64,000 bases of DNA from Myxococcales bacterium (GCA_043747615.1 JAYTOU010000024.1:67295-131294), one strand, 5' to 3'. Positions 9,329-19,229 are shown, counted from the first letter of the stretch. Numbers and translations: made by a program. The notes: generated from the sequence alone by a model not told the origin.

Positions 9329-9817
9329 CTAGACTTCCCGAATGGCCACGACTTTCGCGCGCACGCGCACTTCGGGCTCCACGCGGAGGAAGAAGATTTT
9401 CGGCGGATTCAGGCCGAAATCGCGCATGTCGAGCGTCAGCTCGCCCTCCACCTCGAGTGTCTCGTCGTCGAGCACGCGCACCGTGACGCGACCCTCGACG
9501 GCCTGGGTCACTCCGTGAAAAGCGAGCTCGCCCTTCACGCGTCCAGACGTCACTTCGAGCACCTCGCCGGCGACGCGCGGATACTTGTCGAGCTCGAGCC
9601 GCCGCGCGAGCTCCGTATCGAGGAGACCGTTGCCCGATTTCAGCCGTTCGGCCGCGAGCTCGATCCGTGCAGGCGCGGCGAGGGTCGCTTGCCCATTTTC
9701 CACGTGCGCCGAGAGGTAGCCCTCGAATCCCGTCGTCTCGACACGGATCGGATGGACACTCGAGCGCGCTTCCGCCCACAGCGTGGAGCGCGACGGTACG
9801 ACTCGGTATCGCAACAC
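9329..9817 (-). CDS. YceI-like (polyisoprenoid-binding) protein
   Basis: LKSGNGLLD...L...YP, GELAFHGVT and DMRDFGLNPP motifs. No signal peptide. Confidence 0.8.
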   Translation of the reverse strand: MLRYRVVPSRSTLWAEARSSVHPIRVETTGFEGYLSAHVENGQATLAAPARIELAAERLKSGNGLLDTELARRLELDKYPRVAGEVLEVTSGRVKGELAFHGVTQAVEGRVTVRVLDDETLEVEGELTLDMRDFGLNPPKIFFLRVEPEVRVRAKVVAIREV

Positions 9818-9835
9818 AGGAGCGAGTAGACCACG

Positions 9836-10732
9836 TTAGAAGAGACATAGTCGCAAGACTGCGTAGACACCGAACGCGCCTCCCGCGGCGATCTGAAAAC
9901 GCGACACCCGCCGATACACCGCCCGCGCCTCTCCGGGCTCACACACCCAGGCCGCGCCGACGGTCATCGGGAGCGCCGCGCCGGCGAGCAGGAGCGCGTC
10001 CCAAGGCCGGCCTGCAAAATGCGCAGAAAGACCTGCGAACGCCGCTCCGATCAGCGACAGGAGCACGGAGGCGGCGCACGTCCCTCGACGGCCGAGCGCG
10101 ATGGCAACTGTGCGATCCCCTCGTGCATGATCATCCACGGTCTGGAAAAGTTGAGTGAGTGGGTAGAGCGCGCCGACGAGCGCCGAGGCGGCTACGAGCC
10201 CGCAGACAATCTCCGGCGTGAGGTGCGCGTTACCGCCGGCGACCACCCCCGCCGCGGTTCCAAGCGCTCCTTGGCCGCCCATCACGACGAGCCAACTGAG
10301 CCACGGATTGCCCTTCCATCGCGGCGTGGGGTGCGAATAGAGGATGCCGAGAATGACACACGCCAGACAGGCGACGAAGAACTCCGCCCCCACCCACGCA
10401 GCGACCGTGAGACCGAAGGCCTGCAAAACGAGGCTTCCCGGAAGCAGCCATGGCCCGACCGGCGGCGGATGCTCGAGACCCCCTACCGGGCCTTCATCGC
10501 GATCGTAGTGCGAGTTGTACGCCGTCGTTCCGCCATACAAGCAGACGTGCATCACGACGAAGCCCGCCACGAAGCGTGCGGAGATCGGTGTACGCGCGAG
10601 AGCCGCGCCCCACAGCATGAACGGCGCCAGCAGGAGCTGAAACGGCAACCGCAAATGCACGACGAAATTATGGGCGTCGCGCACCACGTTGCGCTCACCA
10701 AGGCGGAAGTCAGCGGCTCCTCGTTCGGTCAT
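9836..10732 (-). CDS. UbiA-family prenyltransferase
   Basis: Multi-TM. Asp-rich motifs YNSHYDRDEG and Q..DD..RGDRT, plus YSHPTPRWK. Confidence 0.8.
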   Translation of the reverse strand: MTERGAADFRLGERNVVRDAHNFVVHLRLPFQLLLAPFMLWGAALARTPISARFVAGFVVMHVCLYGGTTAYNSHYDRDEGPVGGLEHPPPVGPWLLPGSLVLQAFGLTVAAWVGAEFFVACLACVILGILYSHPTPRWKGNPWLSWLVVMGGQGALGTAAGVVAGGNAHLTPEIVCGLVAASALVGALYPLTQLFQTVDDHARGDRTVAIALGRRGTCAASVLLSLIGAAFAGLSAHFAGRPWDALLLAGAALPMTVGAAWVCEPGEARAVYRRVSRFQIAAGGAFGVYAVLRLCLF

Positions 10733-10759
10733 TGGCTGTCGTTCGCGTACACGCCGAGG

Positions 10760-12262
10760 TCAGTTGCGATCGAGTAGACCGCGGTTCTCGTCCGCCGACC
10801 TCGACGGAGGAGCCAACTTCGCTTTCGCCTTCGGGGCAGCCCGCGGTGCCGGCGCAGTCGAGACGCTCGCTGCCGCCGACGCCGGTGCAATCAGCCGAAG
10901 CTCGCTCGACGCAGGAACCTGGGAAGTAGGCACGAGAGGCAGCGAAGCGCGAGGCTCCTCGACCACCTTGACGACGGGCGACGGCGCACGCGCGAAGATC
11001 GCCACACAAAGCCCGGCGATGATCACCAGCGCACACGCGAGGGCAACGGGAAGGCTCAGCGCCTGGGAAAGGCGGCTCGATTTCGCGACGACCACCATGG
11101 GCGGCGGAGCGACTGAGCGCCCCGCGTACAGCCTTCGAATACGCTCCACCGAAACCTTCGCGCGCGGCGGCGCCATCGGCGCGAGCCCCTCTGCGAACTC
11201 GGCAACGCTTCCAACGCGACGCTCGGGATCCTTCTCCAAGCATCGAGCGATCAGCGCTTCGAGCGCCGCGGGTGCATCGGCGCGCGCGGAACGAAGCGGC
11301 GGAGCAGGCGCCGTTGCCACGAGCGCGCAGAGGCCCGCCATGCTGTCGCTTTCGAAGACGACCTTGCCCGTGAGGAGCTCGAAGAGCACCACCCCGAGGG
11401 CCCAGATGTCGGTGCGCGCATCGACGTCCCGCGAGCTGCGCATCTGCTCGGGAGACATGTACCGCGGAGAGCCCATGATGAGCTCTTTCGATGTGAGCGC
11501 CGATGACGCGGCATCTCCGCCTTTCGAGATTCCGAAGTCGAGCACCTTCACGAGAGGCGATCCATCGGGGCGCGACGTGAGGAAAAGATTTGCCGGCTTG
11601 AGATCGCGGTGGACGATGCCGAGCGCGTGGGCTTCGGCGATCGCTTCGCCTGCTTGGAGGATGAAATCGAGCGCCTCGTCTATCGGCAGCGGACCGCGCT
11701 CCTTGAGGACTTGCGCGAAATCCATTCCGCTCAGGAACTCCATGACGATGTACGGCTCGCCTCGCTCGAGCGTGCCGACGTCGATCACACGCGCCACGTG
11801 CTCTCCCTTGATTTGCACGGCCGACCGCGCTTCGCGAAGGAAGCGAACGACGGTTCCGGCGGTGCCGCATGCCGCAGGAAGAAGGAATTTGATCGCGACC
11901 TTCTGCCCAAGGTGGACGTGCGTGGCTGCGACGACGATGCCCATTCCGCCCGTGCCGAGCACCCGCTCCACTCGGTATTTTCCAGCGAGGAGCTCACCCT
12001 CTTGAACGGGCAGCTCGCGTGCAGTGGGCGCGCTTGCGTCTACGGCCTTCGACAGGATCTCGCCGTTTCGAAAAGGCTCGGAGGGCACCGTCGTTGCATG
12101 GGCGCCGTCCAAGGTGCGTGGGGCGCGGGCGAGCTCGGAGACAAGTTGACGGCACTCCTCGCAGCCCGCGAGGTGACGCTCGGCGTCGGCACGCTCGGTG
12201 CCCGTGATCAGCCCTTCAGCGAAGCCCAAGATGGCGGTGTCGTCCAAGCATCCCGAGGCCAC
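10760..12262 (-). CDS. Ser/Thr protein kinase with N-terminal ZAS (zf-HC2) domain and C-terminal TM segment
   Basis: HLAGCEEC, GTGGMG, VAIK, HRDLKPAN, DFG, YMSPE. GTG start at 12262 preferred over 12388. Confidence 0.88.
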   Translation of the reverse strand: MASGCLDDTAILGFAEGLITGTERADAERHLAGCEECRQLVSELARAPRTLDGAHATTVPSEPFRNGEILSKAVDASAPTARELPVQEGELLAGKYRVERVLGTGGMGIVVAATHVHLGQKVAIKFLLPAACGTAGTVVRFLREARSAVQIKGEHVARVIDVGTLERGEPYIVMEFLSGMDFAQVLKERGPLPIDEALDFILQAGEAIAEAHALGIVHRDLKPANLFLTSRPDGSPLVKVLDFGISKGGDAASSALTSKELIMGSPRYMSPEQMRSSRDVDARTDIWALGVVLFELLTGKVVFESDSMAGLCALVATAPAPPLRSARADAPAALEALIARCLEKDPERRVGSVAEFAEGLAPMAPPRAKVSVERIRRLYAGRSVAPPPMVVVAKSSRLSQALSLPVALACALVIIAGLCVAIFARAPSPVVKVVEEPRASLPLVPTSQVPASSELRLIAPASAAASVSTAPAPRAAPKAKAKLAPPSRSADENRGLLDRN

Positions 12263-12282
12263 GCTGCTGCTATAGTGAGTCC

Positions 12283-13170
12283 GTGCGCGGCGAGCACCCT
12301 CTTTCTTCGATTTTTCGGCCAAAAGTGGCCGATTCCGCGCGCGATCAACTTCCCACCGAGGGTGATCTCGAGGCTTTCCTCGGCGCAATGCTCCTTTCGG
12401 CGCGCGAGGCGTGGCCGGAGCTCATCGTCTCCGACGAAGCGTTTCTGGCCTACGTGGCGGAACGGCTGACGGCGCGCGATCCGATGGCCTCGCTGAAGTC
12501 GACGGACCTCTACCTGGCCTGCGCCTGCATGCGCGGCGAGGCCCAAGCCCTCATCGCTCTGGAGGCACATTGCTTTCCAGACGTGGAGCACGCTCTCGCT
12601 CGGATGAATCTCTCCGCAGCCAGAGTAGACGACGTCAAGCAGGGGCTCCGTCAGCATCTGTTCGTGGGCAACGGAACCGATCCGGCTCACCTCGTCGAGT
12701 ACACCGGACGCGGTGATCTGCGCGCGTGGATCAAAGTGAGCGCCGTGCGTGCCGCGCTGAAGGTGCTCCGCAAAGAGAAGCGGGAGGTCCTCGTGGAAGA
12801 CGAGGCCTTGATGGAGCTGAGCGCATCCGGCGACGATCCGGAGATGCAGTACGTGAAGCAGATCTTTCGATCGCAGTTCAAGACGGCGTTTCAGCAGGCG
12901 CTCGACGCGCTGACCGATCGCGAGAAGAATTTGCTCCGCCAGCACGTGGTCGACGGCCTGAGCATCGACGAGGTGGGGACCCTCTACCAGGTGCATCGAG
13001 CGACGGCAGCGCGGTGGATCACGAAGGCGCGCGAGACGCTCCTCGGCGAGACGCGAAAGCACTTCATGACCCACGCGCGCATCAGCAGCGCGGAGTGCGA
13101 CAGCATCATGCGCATGGTGCACAGCCAGCTCGACATGACGATCCGCCGCCGACTCGAGGAGATTGCGTAA
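12283..13170 (+). CDS. ECF-type sigma-70 factor, Myxococcales family
   Basis: DLYLACAC, EYTGRGDLRAW, region-4 LTDREKNLLRQHVVDGLSIDEVGTLYQVHRATAARW. Confidence 0.85.
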   Translation: MRGEHPLSSIFRPKVADSARDQLPTEGDLEAFLGAMLLSAREAWPELIVSDEAFLAYVAERLTARDPMASLKSTDLYLACACMRGEAQALIALEAHCFPDVEHALARMNLSAARVDDVKQGLRQHLFVGNGTDPAHLVEYTGRGDLRAWIKVSAVRAALKVLRKEKREVLVEDEALMELSASGDDPEMQYVKQIFRSQFKTAFQQALDALTDREKNLLRQHVVDGLSIDEVGTLYQVHRATAARWITKARETLLGETRKHFMTHARISSAECDSIMRMVHSQLDMTIRRRLEEIA

Positions 13171-13218
13171 GCCTGCGCCTCGCGCTCTTAGCGCGTGATC
13201 AACCGTACGAAGTGGGTT

Positions 13219-14142
13219 ATGCCCGCTTCAATGCCGTCGAACATGTGTGAGAAGTGTGGGGCAACGCTGCAGTCCGGCGCGCGGCAGTGCCCGTATTGCC
13301 AGACCACCACGCCTTACGGCATGCAGGCGCAGCAGAACGACATTCAGCAGCAGCAGTGGTCGCAGGCCCAAGCGCAGCAGGCGCTCCTTCACGCACAGTT
13401 GACGGGCGGAGGGCAGATCGAGGCGGCGGCTACCGCGGCACTCCTCTGGTCGCTCGCGAGCATAGTGTTCTTCTGCATTCCCATCCCGGCCATTGCCGGT
13501 GTCGTCATGGGGCTTCGTGCACGCTCGCTCGCGCAGTCGCTCCGCTTGTCGGCGCCGGTGAGGGGCACCATTGGGCTCGTGATCAGCGCGCTGTCGGGAG
13601 TCGGCTTTCTGGTGTTCATGGTCTGGGCGGTGGTGAGCTCGCGACACGACGTCGCGGGAATCGCCAAGCGGAAGGCCGAGCTCGAAACGCAGATCGGCAG
13701 CAAGGCCTCCGCAGCGACCCTCGATCAATCGACCGCGTGCGCCATGGCCGAGCTCAAGATCCTCAGCGAAGGCCACGAGGGCTCCGCGACCTATTTTCAA
13801 GAGTACGAGTGCCTCGGCAAAGTCGCCGGCACGGGTGAGCGCGCGACGCTCGAAGCCTTTCAGTACCGCACGAGCTCCACCGGCGCGCTGAAGAAGGTCA
13901 TCGTATGCTTCAAGCACGACGCAAAGTGGTACGTCGACGAAGTGCGCGATGAAGGAAAGTGCGCGGGGGACGACTCGCCGCGTTCCGTGGGCGCCGCAGC
14001 GAGTGCCCCTTCTGCACATGTCGGCACCGCGGCGAGCGCTTCCCACCGTGCGGCCGGAGATGCGAGCGCGCAGGTCAAATCCGATGCCGGGAGCACCGTC
14101 GGTACCCCGAGCGCGCGCGACGCCGGCCCCATTCGCCGCTAG
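13219..14142 (+). CDS. Zinc-ribbon membrane protein (DUF4190-like TM hairpin) with extracytoplasmic domain
   Basis: CEKCG...CPYC, Gln-rich linker, SL.SIVFFCIPIPAIAGVVMG and G.IGLVIS segments. Confidence 0.65.
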   Translation: MPASMPSNMCEKCGATLQSGARQCPYCQTTTPYGMQAQQNDIQQQQWSQAQAQQALLHAQLTGGGQIEAAATAALLWSLASIVFFCIPIPAIAGVVMGLRARSLAQSLRLSAPVRGTIGLVISALSGVGFLVFMVWAVVSSRHDVAGIAKRKAELETQIGSKASAATLDQSTACAMAELKILSEGHEGSATYFQEYECLGKVAGTGERATLEAFQYRTSSTGALKKVIVCFKHDAKWYVDEVRDEGKCAGDDSPRSVGAAASAPSAHVGTAASASHRAAGDASAQVKSDAGSTVGTPSARDAGPIRR

Positions 14143-14214
14143 ACGACGTTCAGACCCGCGTCGCTAGAGGCGCTCAACCTATCCGCCTGGTAGGATCGGG
14201 TGTAGGTGAGGAAA

Positions 14215-15432
14215 ATGCGAAGTGCCATGATCGCGGCTGCATTCGTGCCGGTTCTCGTTGGCTTGGTCCACTGTGGCGGTACCGCCGGAAGCGGCCCCGA
14301 CTCGATGCCGGTCGCAGACGCCGGCGAGCTCCCCGTGGAAATGTCCGACGCGATGGTCACGATGAACACGATGAACACGGTGGACAGCGGCCCCACGGTG
14401 TTCACGACGGCTGCGCACTCGCCGCTCCCGCAGATGCCGAAGCATACGAACAAGATCCTGCCCACGCCGCACCTGTTGACGATTACGTATGCATCCTACA
14501 CGTATCAGCAGCAGGTCGAAGACTTCGGCAAGTTCATGGTCACCTCGAGCTGGATGACGTCGGTCGGAAAAGAATTCGGCGTTCTCTCTGCTACCCAAGA
14601 GAACCGGCGCTTCCCGGGGACCGCTCCGCCCACCATCAACGACGCCGGGATCCAGAGCCTCATCATCGCGAAGATCGCGGCGAGCGCTCTGCCCGCCCCC
14701 ACCGTCGGAGGGCAGAATCTCTACATGGTCTACTTCCCTGCGACCACGGTGATCACCGATTCCGGCGGAGCCGCGATGTGCGGGGCCAATGGCTCCGTCG
14801 GCTACCACGGGGCCGCCAAGAGCGCCGGGATCCATTTCGCGTATGCGGTCATCGCCGATTGCGGCTCCGGTTTTCCGAGCATCACCAGTACGGCGAGCCA
14901 CGAGCTCATCGAAGCGGCGACGGATCCATGGGACGCGCCGAACCTCGGCTACTTCATGGACTTCAACGTGCCCAACCTTTGGTACACCGACTACGGCGAT
15001 GAGACCGCCGACATGTGTCAGTACGAAGCCGACACGACCGAGGGCATGTGGACGGTGCAGCGGAGCTACTCGAACGTGGCTGCAGCCGCGGGCGGGTCTC
15101 CGTGTGTCCCCGCCGTCGCGGGTGAGGCCTACAACAACGTGTCGGCAAGCCCAGACACGATGCCGAACGTGGCGGCGGGTGGCTCGGTGGTCTTCACGAT
15201 CACCGGGTGGTCGACGCTGAAAACCACGCCGTGGAAGCTAGTGATCGGCCCGGGAGATCAGACCGACTTCGATCCTAAAGCGGTGCTCAGCGGCACGACG
15301 ATCAACAACGGAGAAACCGTCACCGTGACCTTGAAAGCGCCGACAACGGCGAAGTCAGGAACGATCGGATCCGCGTACATCTTCTCCGGCGACGCCGGCC
15401 ATTCCTGGCCGGTCGCCATTCGCGTCATGTAA
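14215..15432 (+). CDS. Secreted lipoprotein with PHI-1/EXORDIUM-like HELxE motif
   Basis: GAGG upstream of ATG, signal peptide with Cys. GYH, SHELIEAATDP, ETADMC and VQRSYSN motifs. Paralog at 58254-59660. Confidence 0.65.
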   Translation: MRSAMIAAAFVPVLVGLVHCGGTAGSGPDSMPVADAGELPVEMSDAMVTMNTMNTVDSGPTVFTTAAHSPLPQMPKHTNKILPTPHLLTITYASYTYQQQVEDFGKFMVTSSWMTSVGKEFGVLSATQENRRFPGTAPPTINDAGIQSLIIAKIAASALPAPTVGGQNLYMVYFPATTVITDSGGAAMCGANGSVGYHGAAKSAGIHFAYAVIADCGSGFPSITSTASHELIEAATDPWDAPNLGYFMDFNVPNLWYTDYGDETADMCQYEADTTEGMWTVQRSYSNVAAAAGGSPCVPAVAGEAYNNVSASPDTMPNVAAGGSVVFTITGWSTLKTTPWKLVIGPGDQTDFDPKAVLSGTTINNGETVTVTLKAPTTAKSGTIGSAYIFSGDAGHSWPVAIRVM

Positions 15433-15446
15433 AGAGACCGCGTTAC

Positions 15447-16853
15447 TCAGTAACGACGCGAGCCGGTGTAGCTGCGACCTCTGCTACCGCCGCCGCCGTT
15501 GCGGCCACGTTGGGGTGCGGCTGGCATCGCTGCGGTCGTCGCTTGTTCTGCAGCGGTGGGCACGAACTGCGCGTCGCCGCCGACGACCGGAAGTCGCTTG
15601 CGGATGAAGCGCTCGATGTCGGCGAGTAGCCCGCGCTCATCGCGGTCGCAGAAGGAGATGGCGTGACCGAAGGCGCCGGCGCGGCCGGTGCGACCGATGC
15701 GGTGCACGTAGCTCTCGGCGACGTTCGGCAGATCGAAGTTGATGACGTGGGAGATCCCGTCGATATCGATGCCGCGGGCAGCGACGTCGGTGGCGACGAG
15801 CACGCGGGTAGAGCCGGTGCGGAACGCTTCGAGTGCGCGCTCGCGAGCCCCTTGAGACTTGTTGCCGTGGATCGCCGCCGAGCCGATTCCTGCGTGATCG
15901 AGCTGCTCGCAGAGGCGGTTTGCGCCGTGCTTAGTGCGGGTAAAGACGATGGCGCGTTCGACCGTGGTGTCCGAGAGCACGCGTTGAAGCAGCGCGCGCT
16001 TGTCGGCTTTGGCCACGAACATGACGGACTGGGTGACGCCTTCTGCCGTGGTGACTGCCGGGGTCACCGAGACCCGCACCGGATCGGAGAGCATCCCTCG
16101 GGCGAGGCCTTCGATCGACGAGGGAATCGTGGCCGAGAAAAGCAGCGTTTGGCGCTTGGTGGGCACCGCCGCCGAGATTCGCTTCACGTCGTGGACGAAG
16201 CCCATGTCGAGCATGCGATCCGCCTCGTCGAGCACGAAGTGCGTAACGCCGTCGAGGTGAACCAGGCGCTGCTGCATGAGATCGAGGAGCCGTCCGGGCG
16301 TCGCCACGAGAATGTCGGGCGCATTGCGGAGCGCGATCTCCTGACGATGCTGACTGACACCGCCGTAGACGACGGTGTGCTTGATGCCGCGTCCGAGGTA
16401 GCGTCCGTAAACGGCGACGCTATCGGCGATTTGCGAAGCGAGCTCGCGGGTCGGCGTGAGGACGAGCACCCTGATTTTTCCGGTGGATTGCTCGGCGGCG
16501 AGCCGCTGAAGGATAGGCAGGACGAACGCTGCCGTCTTGCCGGTGCCGGTCTGCGCGCAGGCGAGGATGTCGCGACCCGCGAGCAGGTGGGCGATGACCT
16601 CGGACTGAATCGGGGTCGGCGTCGTGTAGCCCTCCTTGAGGACCGCACGAACCAGGGGAACGCTCAGGCCGAGCGTGGTGAACGGCGAGGCTGCGATCTC
16701 CGCGGCGACTTCCGGGGTGAGCGGCGTCGGCGGCTCCACGCGTGCCTCGATCGCTCCCGCAGGGGCGCCAAACTGATTCGAGGGAGACGAGGGCTTGTGG
16801 GGGGTATTGGAAAAAGGGCGCCGACTTCGGCGGGAAGAATGAAAAGAATTCAC
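15447..16853 (-). CDS. rhlE: DEAD-box ATP-dependent RNA helicase (RhlE-like)
   Basis: Q motif [59 protein letters not shown] typical of the RhlE group. Confidence 0.92.
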   Translation of the reverse strand: MNSFHSSRRSRRPFSNTPHKPSSPSNQFGAPAGAIEARVEPPTPLTPEVAAEIAASPFTTLGLSVPLVRAVLKEGYTTPTPIQSEVIAHLLAGRDILACAQTGTGKTAAFVLPILQRLAAEQSTGKIRVLVLTPTRELASQIADSVAVYGRYLGRGIKHTVVYGGVSQHRQEIALRNAPDILVATPGRLLDLMQQRLVHLDGVTHFVLDEADRMLDMGFVHDVKRISAAVPTKRQTLLFSATIPSSIEGLARGMLSDPVRVSVTPAVTTAEGVTQSVMFVAKADKRALLQRVLSDTTVERAIVFTRTKHGANRLCEQLDHAGIGSAAIHGNKSQGARERALEAFRTGSTRVLVATDVAARGIDIDGISHVINFDLPNVAESYVHRIGRTGRAGAFGHAISFCDRDERGLLADIERFIRKRLPVVGGDAQFVPTAAEQATTAAMPAAPQRGRNGGGGSRGRSYTGSRRY

Positions 16854-16872
16854 TTATGTTTCGATACTCTCT

Positions 16873-16933
16873 CGCGGCAGCACCCAAAAAAGTTTGGGCG
16901 CTTGAATTACTCGGCCGTTTCCTCGCTGCCGCG
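16873..16933. promoter_or_regulatory. Nested inverted repeats in the rhlE leader
   Basis: CGCGGCAGC (16873-16881) pairs with GCTGCCGCG (16925-16933), enclosing a CCCAAA/TTTGGG hairpin (16883-16898). Confidence 0.4.
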
Positions 16934-17172
16934 GGATCGGAAGGGCGCGACGGGGCAATTTTCAGCCGCGTCATCACGCACCATTGTCGGCTCCAGGGGG
17001 AGCGTTGAGACCGCCACGCGCCTTTTGGGGCAGCAGGCAGCTCGTCGACTTGTTCGTGATTGCGCGTCTAGTAGCGCGTAAGGCGGTGACACGCAAGGTC
17101 ACGGCAAAATTGTTGATGGGTGTGATCTCGACCACGCGGCATAGTCCCCCTAAGGTCTCCTAGAGTGCAGCC

Positions 17173-17709
17173 ATGATCGCCGTTCCTCTGAACACGCTCC
17201 TCAATTCGAAGGATCACCGCGCGGTCCTGGAAGACTGCGATCCGCGTCGGCTCGTGATCGATCCGGCGCTGAGCGACGTCCTCACGTGGGGAGCGGGCGG
17301 CGCTCTGATCTGGACGGCGGACGAAGCTGCCCGAGCGATCGCCAGCGCGGCGCCGGTTCACGCGTACGCTCCGACGCATCGCGATTCCTGGGCCTTCTTT
17401 CGCTACTCGAACGGAACCGCAGGTGAGCCGAAGGGCGGTGAGCTCGGCGATCTCCTGGTGCGCGGAGATTCGATCATGGCGCTCACCTGGAACAAGCACG
17501 AGGCGACGAAACACGCCCTTCGCGGCGACGACGTGATCGAGGCCGGCGGGACCTGGGTGTCTCCCGTCGAAGTGGAGCAAGCGCTCGTCAGTCATTCTTC
17601 CGAGACGCAGCTCGCTCCCTACACGTGCCCGCGCTGGATCACCGTCATGCCCGAGCTTCCCAAGACGGCGACCGGTGAAATCCAGCGTTTTCTCCTGAGT
17701 GCGCGATGA
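17173..17709 (+). pseudogene. Internally deleted benzoate-CoA-ligase-family acyl-CoA synthetase remnant (open frame, 178 aa)
   Basis: Collinear family motifs VPLNTLL, YSNGTAGEPKG, GDLLVRGDS, DDVIEAGGTWVSPVEVEQALVSH and LAPYTCPRW...LPKTATGEIQRF, with large intervening regions missing. Confidence 0.75.
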
Positions 17710-19229
17710 AGCTGAACGCAGACACCGTCGTCGTAGGAGCCGGTTCGGCAGGCGCCGTGATCGCCGCGCGCGCGACCGAAAATGGAACGCGCGAGGTGCT
17801 GCTCCTCGAAGCCGGCCCCGATTATCCGTCCCCCGTGGAGCTGCCCGCCGATCTTCGTGACGGAACGCGCAACTCGATGCGGGCACACGACTGGAACCTC
17901 TTCTACCGTCCGGTGAAAGGGCAGCTCCCGTTCCTGTTTCCACGCGGGCGCGTGGTCGGAGGATCGTCGGCGGTCAACACGTGCATCGCCCTTCGTGGGC
18001 AACCGTTCGACTACGACGAGTGGGCGGCGCTTGGTCTGCCTGAGTGGAGCTGGGCAAAGTGCCTCCCGGCGTTCAAGCGGCTCGAGAACGACCTCGACAT
18101 CGTTAACGAGTGGCACTCGCAGGATGGGCCCGTTCCCATCCGCCGTCACACGGCCGACGAGCTCACGCCGTGGAATGCCGCCTTCCTCGAGAGCTGCGCG
18201 GCGCTCGGCTACGTGGAGTGCAAAGACACAAACGATCCCACGACCACCGGCTTCGGTCCCCACGCGATGAACAAAGTCCATGGCGAGCGGATGAGCACGG
18301 CTCGCTGCTACCTCACGGAAAGCGTGCGGGCGCGAAAAAACTTCCGGATCCGTCCCGACACGAGCGTGCGCCGCCTTCGCTTCGAGCGCGGTCGGGTGGT
18401 CGGTCTCGAAGTCGAGACCCATGGACGGGTCTACGATATCCAGGCGAAGAAAGTCATTCTGAGCGCGGGGGCAATCGCCTCGCCGTGCATCCTTCTGCGC
18501 TCGGGCATCGGTCCTCGGCGAGAGATCGACAGACTCGGGGTGGCGCTCGTTTGCGATCTACCCGCGGTGGGAGCACGCCTTCTCGATCATCCGGGCTGCG
18601 CGATCTTTCTGCGTCCGCGGCGCGGCGTGGTCGATCTCGCGCATCCGATCGTGCAGACCGTTCTTCGCTACACCTCCGAAGGCAGCGACTGCCCGAACGA
18701 CATCCAACTTCAGCCCGGCTCGTTCCTGCCTTTTCCGCCCTTCGAGATCCCTCTACTTTCGCTGGCTCTCTGCGTTGGCAAACCGCGTGGCCACGGGCGG
18801 CTGTGGCTGGAGTCGGCGAACCCGCGCGCGGTCCCTCGCATCGAATCCGAGTTTCTCGAAAACGACGAAGACCGCAAACGCGCGGTCGCGGCGATCTCCC
18901 TCGCCTGGCGGCTCGTCTCCGAGGGCGCGATGAAAGAGCTGGGGACGCCGTTTTGGCCAAGTCGGAAGGTGCTCGAAAGCACATCGGCGATCGAGCGATT
19001 CATCCGGCGGATCACCGGCTCCGGCTACCACCCGTGCGGCACGGTGCCGATGGGCGGTGACGACGACGCGGCGGCGGCGCTCGATGGACACGGTCGGGTT
19101 CGCGGCATCGAAGGTCTCTTCGTGGCCGACGCGAGTATCATGCCGACCATCCCCAGCTCGAACACGAACGTCCCGACGCTGATGATTGGGGAGCGCTTCG
19201 GCGCGTGGCTCCGCGACGGAATAATCTAA
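17706..19229 (+). CDS. GMC-family FAD oxidoreductase (choline dehydrogenase-like)
   Basis: GAGSAG, LLLEAG, RGRVVGGSSAVN, LSAGAIASP, HPCGTVPMG, DASIMP, NTNVPTLMIGER. Confidence 0.92.
   Translation: MKLNADTVVVGAGSAGAVIAARATENGTREVLLLEAGPDYPSPVELPADLRDGTRNSMRAHDWNLFYRPVKGQLPFLFPRGRVVGGSSAVNTCIALRGQPFDYDEWAALGLPEWSWAKCLPAFKRLENDLDIVNEWHSQDGPVPIRRHTADELTPWNAAFLESCAALGYVECKDTNDPTTTGFGPHAMNKVHGERMSTARCYLTESVRARKNFRIRPDTSVRRLRFERGRVVGLEVETHGRVYDIQAKKVILSAGAIASPCILLRSGIGPRREIDRLGVALVCDLPAVGARLLDHPGCAIFLRPRRGVVDLAHPIVQTVLRYTSEGSDCPNDIQLQPGSFLPFPPFEIPLLSLALCVGKPRGHGRLWLESANPRAVPRIESEFLENDEDRKRAVAAISLAWRLVSEGAMKELGTPFWPSRKVLESTSAIERFIRRITGSGYHPCGTVPMGGDDDAAAALDGHGRVRGIEGLFVADASIMPTIPSSNTNVPTLMIGERFGAWLRDGII

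Noticed and set aside
12270..12281. GACTCACTATAG on the minus strand, matching the 3' 12 nt of the T7 promoter
   Set aside because: The upstream TAATAC is absent, there is no vector or phage context, and it lies in a natural divergent gap. Treated as coincidence.
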